Virus record (IMG/VR): IMGVR_UViG_3300022173_000064
Span: 624 to 64,623 of that record
Length of the DNA: 64,000 bases
Origin: a virus
Taxonomy: Duplodnaviria > Caudoviricetes
Strand: one strand, 5' to 3'
The first letter of the stretch is position 1. The number at the start of each line of letters is the position of its first letter. Shown here piece by piece: positions 1-7,683 of this stretch. The notes under the pieces were generated by a model that saw only the letters and a list, made by a program, of their open reading frames with translations, searched no databases and was not told the DNA's origin. A program made the translations under genes and the position numbers.

Positions 1-144
1 GTGCTTGGTATTCCAAATCTTCCACGACCGCTCGTCCACAAAATGGCCGCGAGGGCGAGTTTTCCAGCGCAAGACGCCCGTTCTCTTGCTGTAAGAGAAA
101 CACTGGCGAAGAAACTCGACATCTGGCAAGGTTTTAGCAGCCAT
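1..144 (-). CDS. HNH homing endonuclease, N-terminal part (runs off window edge)
   Basis: Not in ORF track. Minus-strand ATG at 144 preceded by GGAG; reads MAAKTLPDVEFLRQCFSYSKRTGVLRWKTRPRGHFVDERSWKIWNTKH, typical of the N-terminus of phage HNH(-AP2) endonucleases; TATAAT on minus strand at 213-218. Confidence 0.7.
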   Translation of the reverse strand, partial: MAAKTLPDVEFLRQCFSYSKRTGVLRWKTRPRGHFVDERSWKIWNTKH

Positions 145-246
145 TGGCTTGTCTCCATACTGGCCAAGGTTAGGGGCGCTCAGTCTGTGACTAGCAGGCA
201 GGGCGTCCCGGCATTATAGGGGCAGGAGGCAAAAATCGCTACGCCT

Positions 247-3200
247 GTGATACAAACGGCATTCGTCACGGGCGAGGTCTCGCCTGCGCTGTTCGGCCAC
301 GTCGATTTGGTGCGCATGCACGCCGCAGCATCGACGATGCGCAACCTGTGGCCATCGTACCGCGGCGGCGCCTATTCCCGCGCCGGAACTGAATTTGTAG
401 GGTTTTCCAAGCAGACCGGCCGCGCCTATCCTCCGCGCATGATCCCGTTCCAGTTTTCGATCAACCAGGGCCTCGCTCTGGAATTCGGCAACTATTACAT
501 GCGGGTGATTTTCGACGGTGGCTACGTCACCGAGGCCCCGTACATCATCAGCGGCGCGACGCAGGCCAACCCGTGCGTGCTCACCGTGACGGCCACGAGC
601 TCGCTCGATTCGGTGACCCCGATCAATTCGGCGGTGTCGGCCTCATACGTCCAAGGGGACACGATATCGCTGGCCGGGGGCACATTCTCGACCCGGGCGG
701 TTGTGACGGTCGGGCAGACCCTGCTTTCGAGTGTGGCGATCAACGCGCGGGGGCAGGGCTACAACGGCGGCGAGATCATCACCTTATCGGGCGGCAGCGC
801 GGTTGCGCGAGCGTCAGTCCAAGTCGTGACCACGCGCGTTGTGGCGGTTGATCCGGTACCGAAATATGTTGGCGCCGGCGGCACGCCAGGCGCTGCGGTC
901 CTGACCGGCACCACGGGGACCGGAACGAAATTCCAAGTCAATGTCACGATCGGCGGGCTTGGGAATATCACGGCGGTAGGGTCGATTGTCGCGGTTGGAT
1001 CCTATACGGCCAATCCGTCGACCGGGACTTTTGGCGCGTCAACGGACACGATGAGCGGGGGTGGATTTGGCGATCCTCCAATCCTCGGGCTGGCGATGGA
1101 GATCGCCACGATTTCGATCGTCAATCCGGGCCAATACCTCACCAACTCCGCCACGTTCACTCAATTTTCCACCACGGGCAGCGGGACAGGAGCGACGTTC
1201 CAGACGGTAATTTTCGGCGTCTACAACGCGACGGTGACGACGGCGGGAAATTACACGGTACTACCCACCAATCCGGTTGCGCAGTTTGCGACCAGCGGGA
1301 CCGGGGCTGGGGTGACACTAACTGCGTCGTGGTTGAGTTCGCCGACGCTTTCGACGGGAGATTGGGTCTATGTCGATGACGTCGGCGGCATGACGCAATT
1401 GAACGGGCGGACATTTGTCGCGAGCGTTTCGGGCAGCAACATTTCGCTGTTCGATGTCTACGGCAATCAGATCAATTCCTCGGCCTATGGGGCCTATACC
1501 TCGGGCGGCACGGCCTCGCGCATCTACACTCTCGCCACCCAATATTCCGAGGTCGACCTGCGGTGGATCAAGTTCACGGAATCCGCCGACACGATGTCGC
1601 TGTGCTGCGTCAATCAGTCGACGGGAACGGAATATCCACCGGTCGACCTGTCCAGATCTTCGGATACCGACTGGGCTTTCACGCCGGCGGTACCGGTGCC
1701 GTCCATATCCCCTCCCACGGGAACGTCGCTCTCGGCAAGCACTCAGCCGGCGAGCCCGACGACGGACGCGGGGTATTCCTACGTCGTGACCGCGATCGCG
1801 GACGACGGGACCGAAAGCATCGCGTCCAATATCGGCAGCCTCGCCGATGTGATCAACATCGGTTCGACGGCCGGAACGATCTATGTTTCATGGTCCGGAT
1901 CTGTCGGGGCAAACGAATATTTCATCTACAAGGCCACCCCGTCGGTAAACAAAAGCGGCTCGGGGACCGGAATTCCGTCGTCCGGCGCACTGTTCGGCTA
2001 TGTCGGGTCCGCCTATGGGCAGACGTTTTTTGACACGAATATCGTCCCGGACTTCTCTCAGGTGCCGCCTCTCCATCGCAACCCGTTCGCGCGTGGGCAG
2101 ATTCTTGCGGTTCGAACGACCGCCGGCGGCTCCGGTTACACTTCGGCCCCCACAGTGACCATAAACACATTCACCGGGGGCGGTGCGGTGATCCTGCCTA
2201 TTGTGCAGAGTGGCGCCGTGGTGGCCTACATCGTCAAGGACAACGGCTCCAATTACGCGCCAACGGATACCGTCACGATCTCGGGCGGCGGCGGCGCGAG
2301 CGCGACGGCTACGCTCACGATCGGAGCACAGACCGGCACCTATCCGGGCGTGGTCGCGTATTTCCAGCAGCGCCGATTCTACGCCTATACCCTGAACCAG
2401 CCCGATACCTATTTTGCGTCGCAGCCAGGGGCGTTCAACAATTTCGACCGGCGCATTCCGACGATCGACAGCGACGCATTCGACGGAACGCCGTGGTCGG
2501 TGCAGGTCAATGGCATCCAGTTCATGGTCCCGACCTCGGGTGGCCTGGTGGTTTTGACCGGCCTCGAGGCCTACTTCCTGACAGGCCAGGGCGGCAGCGC
2601 GTTCACTCCGCAGCCGGTCACGCCATCCAGTCAGTCCGCGGTGCCGCAGGGGTTCAACGGCTGTTCGGCCACGGTGCCGCCGATCCGCATTTACCAGGAT
2701 GTGCTCTATGTGCAGGCGAAAGGCTCGAAATATCGGGACTTCGCTTTCAACATGAACCAAAACACCTATACCGGCGACGACATCACGGAAAATTCCGCCC
2801 ATCTGTTCGACGGCCACACGATCGAGGAGCACGCATGGTGCGAGGAGCCGTATCGGTTGCTCTGGGCCGTGCGCAGCGACGGGATTTTGCTGTGCGATAC
2901 ATGGGTCAAGGCCGAGAAGGTTAACGGGTGGAGCCGACACGATACATTCGGCACGTTTGAAAGCGTGTGCTCGGTGACCGAGCCGCCGGTGGATGCCCTC
3001 TATTGTGCGACGCAACGGCTGATCGGATCGAATACGGCCTACGTCGTCGAGCGCATGAACGATCGGCTTTGGAAAACCGCAGAGGATCCGTGGTGCGTCG
3101 ATTGCGGTCTCTCCTACGCCCAAGATGAGCCGGACGCGACACTGGTCGCGAGCTCGTCTACCGGGCTCGGTTCGTTGACGGGCGTCACGAACCTGGTCGG

Positions 3201-4188
3201 CGGATCGGGCTACAGCGCGGGCACCACGGCGACCGTGGTCGACGATAACGGGCTCGGACCCGGCACCGGCGCCGTGGCAAGCGTGACCGTGGTCGCCGGC
3301 GTCATCACCGCTATTACCTTCCCCACGCCCGGCGCTGGCTATGTCAGCCCTGAGTTGGTCATCACCGATCCGGCCGGCAGCGCTGGGGGCACCGGGGCCT
3401 CGGCGGACGTCGTATTGAGCAACGTCGCGACCTTTACGGCCAGCGCCAGCGTGTTCGTGGTCGGCGATATCGGGCGCGTCATCCGCATGGGCGGCGGGGT
3501 CGCCACGATTACCGCGCGCACCAGCGGGACCGTCGTCACCGGCCAGCTTACCAGTCCGATTCGGACCGTCATTCCGAACAGCGGCGGCACCGCGGCGCCG
3601 GCCGCGTCGGGCACATGGACATTGAGCACCCCGACGACCACCGTTAGCGGCCTGTGGCCCTTGGTCGGCGCCACCGTGACCGGCATTGCCGATGGTGTGG
3701 AGATCGATCCGCAGGTGGTTTCCGCCACCGGTACGATCACGCTGGACGTCGCAGCCAGCCAGATCATCGTCGGCATGGCGTTCCTGCCCCAATTGCAGAG
3801 CGTCTACCTCGATGCCGGCGAGCCGACCGTTCAAGGGCAGCGCAAGAAGATCGCCGAAGTGACGGCGCGCGTGCAGGCGTCAGGGGATTTCACGATCGGG
3901 TCGAACCAGCCGGACGGATCGGTGCAAAGCCCGATGCAGAACGCTCCTCGATGGCAGAATATGACGGACGCGCCGAACCCGGCCAAAAATCCCTACAACA
4001 GCCGGACCAAGCCCCTGTTCACCGGCGACATCCGCATTCCGGTCCAGGGCGGCTATCAGAAGCCAGGGCAGGTCGCGATCGAGCAGCCGCATCCGTACCC
4101 GCTGCAGATCCTTGCGTTTATTCCTGAGGTATTGTCGGGCGACAAGCCATCGCAGGCGGCGCCGGAGAAACGAGGTCGCAATGGCTGA
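247..4188 (+). CDS. Tail tubular protein B / nozzle (T7 gp12, P22 gp10-like) with FCCH-like and Gly/Thr-rich inserts
   Basis: N-terminal QTAFVTGEVSP and RGGAYSRAGT, central YPGVVAYFQQRRFY, C-terminal VNGWSRH, FESVC, QPHPYPLQIL motifs; precedes internal virion genes. True start may be ATC at 235. Confidence 0.85.
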   Translation: MIQTAFVTGEVSPALFGHVDLVRMHAAASTMRNLWPSYRGGAYSRAGTEFVGFSKQTGRAYPPRMIPFQFSINQGLALEFGNYYMRVIFDGGYVTEAPYIISGATQANPCVLTVTATSSLDSVTPINSAVSASYVQGDTISLAGGTFSTRAVVTVGQTLLSSVAINARGQGYNGGEIITLSGGSAVARASVQVVTTRVVAVDPVPKYVGAGGTPGAAVLTGTTGTGTKFQVNVTIGGLGNITAVGSIVAVGSYTANPSTGTFGASTDTMSGGGFGDPPILGLAMEIATISIVNPGQYLTNSATFTQFSTTGSGTGATFQTVIFGVYNATVTTAGNYTVLPTNPVAQFATSGTGAGVTLTASWLSSPTLSTGDWVYVDDVGGMTQLNGRTFVASVSGSNISLFDVYGNQINSSAYGAYTSGGTASRIYTLATQYSEVDLRWIKFTESADTMSLCCVNQSTGTEYPPVDLSRSSDTDWAFTPAVPVPSISPPTGTSLSASTQPASPTTDAGYSYVVTAIADDGTESIASNIGSLADVINIGSTAGTIYVSWSGSVGANEYFIYKATPSVNKSGSGTGIPSSGALFGYVGSAYGQTFFDTNIVPDFSQVPPLHRNPFARGQILAVRTTAGGSGYTSAPTVTINTFTGGGAVILPIVQSGAVVAYIVKDNGSNYAPTDTVTISGGGGASATATLTIGAQTGTYPGVVAYFQQRRFYAYTLNQPDTYFASQPGAFNNFDRRIPTIDSDAFDGTPWSVQVNGIQFMVPTSGGLVVLTGLEAYFLTGQGGSAFTPQPVTPSSQSAVPQGFNGCSATVPPIRIYQDVLYVQAKGSKYRDFAFNMNQNTYTGDDITENSAHLFDGHTIEEHAWCEEPYRLLWAVRSDGILLCDTWVKAEKVNGWSRHDTFGTFESVCSVTEPPVDALYCATQRLIGSNTAYVVERMNDRLWKTAEDPWCVDCGLSYAQDEPDATLVASSSTGLGSLTGVTNLVGGSGYSAGTTATVVDDNGLGPGTGAVASVTVVAGVITAITFPTPGAGYVSPELVITDPAGSAGGTGASADVVLSNVATFTASASVFVVGDIGRVIRMGGGVATITARTSGTVVTGQLTSPIRTVIPNSGGTAAPAASGTWTLSTPTTTVSGLWPLVGATVTGIADGVEIDPQVVSATGTITLDVAASQIIVGMAFLPQLQSVYLDAGEPTVQGQRKKIAEVTARVQASGDFTIGSNQPDGSVQSPMQNAPRWQNMTDAPNPAKNPYNSRTKPLFTGDIRIPVQGGYQKPGQVAIEQPHPYPLQILAFIPEVLSGDKPSQAAPEKRGRNG

Positions 4189-4654
4189 ATTCCGCGTCAT
4201 CGAAGCCCGGGAGCATCATTGCGGCGCCATCGTCCGGCGGCTGCGAGAGGGGCAACGCACCGCCCTGATCGGCCTTGGGGTCAACCCGCACCGGGAGATC
4301 AGGACGAATTTCGATACGTCGGCATTCCGGCGCGCGTGGATGGTCGACGGCCGGCTGGGGGCGCTGTTCGGGGTCACCGGACCTCTGCTGGCGGCGCGCG
4401 GCTATTGCTGGCTCGCCATGTCTCACGAGGGGACGAAATACCCCGTGGAGATTGTGAAAGAGACGCGACGGCAATTTGGCGCTATCATGCAGACGAAACG
4501 GGAGCTTTACACCACGCTTTTGCCGGAGGACGGGGCCGCGTTGCGATTTGCGGACTTTCTCGGGTTTGAGCAGGCGCACACGGCGCCGGTTCCCTATGGC
4601 ACGGGGCGTGTGATAGCGGTTCGTTATAGGCCGGATTTGGCGAGGGCAGCATAA
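4181..4654 (+). CDS. Putative GNAT-fold protein, T7 gp13-like
   Basis: ATG overlaps nozzle stop (ATGGCTGA); GALFGV..GYCWL and ALRFADFLGF motifs; position between nozzle and internal virion proteins. Confidence 0.6.
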   Translation: MAEFRVIEAREHHCGAIVRRLREGQRTALIGLGVNPHREIRTNFDTSAFRRAWMVDGRLGALFGVTGPLLAARGYCWLAMSHEGTKYPVEIVKETRRQFGAIMQTKRELYTTLLPEDGAALRFADFLGFEQAHTAPVPYGTGRVIAVRYRPDLARAA

Positions 4655-4656
4655 CC

Positions 4657-5229
4657 GTGGCATTCGTGGCAGCAGCATTGCCGGTTTTGAGCGCGATCGG
4701 CGCCGGCGTCGGCGCCGTGAGCACCGTCATGGGCGGCATTTCATCGCGCAACCAGGCGAACTACCAAGCGGAAATCGCCAAGAACAACCAGACCATCGCC
4801 ATCCAGAACGCCGCGCGCGCGGAGCAGGCAGGCAACGTGCAGGCCGAGGCGCAGGGCCGCAAGGGAGCCGCGCGGCTCGCCGGGATCAAGGTAGGGCAGG
4901 CGGCAAGCGGGATCGACGTGAACAAGGGAACGCCAGTCGACGTGCAGGCTGGGCAGCGCGAGATCAATCAGCTGGACACCGAGACGGTGCTGAGCAACGC
5001 CCAGCTCCATGCCTACGGCTACCGGACTCAGGCGATGAATTTCGAGGCCGAGGAGCGGGCGCAGCGATCCAAAGCGGACAATGCCGTCCCCGCGGCGCTG
5101 TTGAAGGCCGGCGGCGGCCTGCTCGCCAACGCATCATCGCTCAGCGGAAAGTGGACGACGGGAGGTGGATTCGGCGCCGATCAAAGCACGGAAGCCGAGG
5201 ATTTAGCCTCCGGCATCAGGCCGGTATGA
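4657..5229 (+). CDS. Internal virion (ejection) protein, T7 gp14-like
   Basis: Ala/Gly/Gln-rich helical protein with hydrophobic N-terminus and ASGIDVNKGTPVDV motif; synteny. Confidence 0.65.
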   Translation: MAFVAAALPVLSAIGAGVGAVSTVMGGISSRNQANYQAEIAKNNQTIAIQNAARAEQAGNVQAEAQGRKGAARLAGIKVGQAASGIDVNKGTPVDVQAGQREINQLDTETVLSNAQLHAYGYRTQAMNFEAEERAQRSKADNAVPAALLKAGGGLLANASSLSGKWTTGGGFGADQSTEAEDLASGIRPV

Positions 5230-5232
5230 TCC

Positions 5233-7683
5233 ATGGCGCAGAACGAATACACCGAGGGCGTCCCGACGGTTTCCCCGTCAACGGAGGGTGGCGCTTCGTA
5301 CCAGAGCGGACGCGGCGCGGACGCCGAGGCGTTCGGCGCGGGCCTCGCACATGGCGGCGAGCAGCTGGGCCAAGGCATGGTCACCGCTGGCAAGTTTTTC
5401 GGCAAGGTAGCCGCCGACGACGCCAGTAACCAGTTCCAGGACTTTGCGTCGAAACTGCTCCATGGCGACCCGAACCGGATGTCCAAGGGGCCCGACGGGA
5501 CCGACGTTCCGGATACCGGGTATCTCGGGCTCAAGGGCCGCGCCGCGCTGGATCAGCGCCCGGCGGTGCAAAAACAGATCGACGATCGGATCAAGGAATT
5601 ACGCTCCGGGCTGCAGACGCCCGAGCAACAGCTGGAATTCGACAATTTCTCCCGGCGGTATCGAACCGGCGTGGTCGAGCGGGTGGGAAACCATGCCGAC
5701 CAGCAATCCACAGGCTGGTATGCCTCGGTCAACACCGCGACTGCCAAACTGGCGATGGATCACATCTCGAACAATTGGGACAAACCGAACGAGGTCGCGG
5801 CCGGCGCGGCTGATCTCACCGCGGCTTATGTCCGAAATGCCCAGATCAAGGGCGGCAGCGAACTCGAAATCCGCCAGGCCATGAACGATGCGCGGCGGGA
5901 CGCGCTCGGGGCGCAGCTGGACGCGATGGCGGTCAAGGATCCGGCGCGCGCAATGAGTGTGCTGGATAAAAACCGGGATATCGCCGGGGTAAAATACGAC
6001 GAAATGTCGAATAAGTTCCGCACGCGCGCCGAGCAGCAGCAAGGCATCGGTGCGGGCCTCGAGGCGATCAAAAGGACATACCAGCCGGGGCTGGGGCAAA
6101 AGACGGTCTACACAGAGGTCCAACTTTCTACCGCGGGAGCACCCTATGGGATTTCCGGCTCCTATCTGTCACGGGTGCATGCGCTCGAGGGTGACGGGGT
6201 GAGCCCGACCGGCGCCAAGGGACCGTTCCAGTTCGTCGATTCCACCGCAAAGCAGTACGGCCTCAAAGACCCGTTCAATCCGGAGGAAGCGGCCGCCGCC
6301 GCCGCGCGTCTGGCGGCAGACAACAAGGCCGGCCTGACGCGGCAACTCGGCCGCGCGCCGACGGACGCCGAGCTCTATCTGGCGCATCAGCAGGGCGCCG
6401 GCGGCGCGGCCGCGCTGCTCTCAAACCCCACCATGACGGCTCAACAAGCGCTGATGACGCTGCCGAGATATGCCAACGATCCCGCGGCGGCAGCTCGAGC
6501 AATCCGGGTAAATGGCGGCGACCCGGAAGCGTCGGCGGCGCAGTTCGCCAACATGTGGACGACGAAGTTCAACGGCGCGCCGGGGATGGCGACCGCGCAA
6601 CGGCGGGCGAGCGCACTGCAGGCGGTGCTGGAAAACCCCAACCTGACGCCGCAGGCGCAGGCGCACGCCATTACCTACGTCAACCAGCAGATGGCGGCAC
6701 AAAAGATCGCCATGGAGGAGGACGACAAGGCCAAGAAAACAGCAAACGATCAGGTCCAGGCGGAACTCACGCGCCAGATCATCGCCGGCAACGACCCTAA
6801 TATCATCGGGAAGATTGCCAATTCCGGGCTCGGCGCCACCGAGATCCAGAACCTCTATAATTTTGCCACGAGCCGCGGCGGGGTGCAGGATGACTTGCAA
6901 TATGGACCCGGATACCCGCAGGCGTTCAAGGCCATCTTGGCGCCGGATAACGACCCCTCGAAAATCACCGACGTAGCGTCGATTATCGCGCGCGGCGGGC
7001 CCGGCGGCGATCTGAGCAAGCGCGGCGTCGCCGAACTCGTCAACGCCCTGACCGCGATCAGGAAGCAGCCGGATCAGGCCGGCGTCTCCATGGTGAAGTC
7101 GAAGCAGCTTGAATATTACCTCGGCCAGTTCTCGCCAGAGCCGGAATACAAGGGCATGCCCCGCAACCAGAAGGGGCTCGACCGGTACAATCGCGAGTTC
7201 ATTCCGGCCTTTGAATCGGCCTATGCCCAATGGATCAAGGCCGGAAAGGATCCGATCGCATTCTTGCAGGACACGAAGCAGATGGACGCGATCGCAAATC
7301 GCATCTATCCGCCCGATCAACGGCGCATGGACATGCTGTTTTCCAGCGGTGCCGCGCCAACCGCGCCGCCGGTGCCGCCGCCGCCCGCTCCAGCCGGCGT
7401 CGATCAGAAGGCGTGGGACCGGTTCATGGTCGCGCCGCCGAACAGCGCGGCCGGAAAGCCGTGGACGACCGAAAATTGGGCGAAGGCGATTGAGAAATTG
7501 CGAGCCAATCCGTCCGAGGACATGAAAAAGGCGTTCGACAAGCATTTTGGCCCGAGCGGCTATACCGCCAAGGACATTTTGAGTAGGCTCCCGCCGTCGA
7601 ATGCCGTGAAGCGTCCGAACGTCGTGGCTGCACCGCCCTTTGCGCCCAATGCCGAAAGGGCTGAGGTTGGGATTAGTCAATAA
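5233..7683 (+). CDS. Internal virion protein with lytic transglycosylase-like domain
   Basis: YLSRVHALEG..GAKGPFQFVDSTAKQYGL..ELYLAHQQGAGGAAALL (about 6150-6430) is an SLT/lysozyme-like signature inside a helical ejection protein. Confidence 0.75.
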   Translation: MAQNEYTEGVPTVSPSTEGGASYQSGRGADAEAFGAGLAHGGEQLGQGMVTAGKFFGKVAADDASNQFQDFASKLLHGDPNRMSKGPDGTDVPDTGYLGLKGRAALDQRPAVQKQIDDRIKELRSGLQTPEQQLEFDNFSRRYRTGVVERVGNHADQQSTGWYASVNTATAKLAMDHISNNWDKPNEVAAGAADLTAAYVRNAQIKGGSELEIRQAMNDARRDALGAQLDAMAVKDPARAMSVLDKNRDIAGVKYDEMSNKFRTRAEQQQGIGAGLEAIKRTYQPGLGQKTVYTEVQLSTAGAPYGISGSYLSRVHALEGDGVSPTGAKGPFQFVDSTAKQYGLKDPFNPEEAAAAAARLAADNKAGLTRQLGRAPTDAELYLAHQQGAGGAAALLSNPTMTAQQALMTLPRYANDPAAAARAIRVNGGDPEASAAQFANMWTTKFNGAPGMATAQRRASALQAVLENPNLTPQAQAHAITYVNQQMAAQKIAMEEDDKAKKTANDQVQAELTRQIIAGNDPNIIGKIANSGLGATEIQNLYNFATSRGGVQDDLQYGPGYPQAFKAILAPDNDPSKITDVASIIARGGPGGDLSKRGVAELVNALTAIRKQPDQAGVSMVKSKQLEYYLGQFSPEPEYKGMPRNQKGLDRYNREFIPAFESAYAQWIKAGKDPIAFLQDTKQMDAIANRIYPPDQRRMDMLFSSGAAPTAPPVPPPPAPAGVDQKAWDRFMVAPPNSAAGKPWTTENWAKAIEKLRANPSEDMKKAFDKHFGPSGYTAKDILSRLPPSNAVKRPNVVAAPPFAPNAERAEVGISQ

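Noticed and set aside
1-219. Plus-strand 72-aa ORF in the track
   Set aside because: No SD or motif; the minus strand encodes a recognisable HNH N-terminus here.
1888-3834. 648-aa minus-strand ORF (similarly 6421-7680, 11238-12590, 13635-15152)
   Set aside because: Antisense shadows of GC-rich genes; Arg/His-rich, with no SD, promoter or motifs, unlike 9986-10210.
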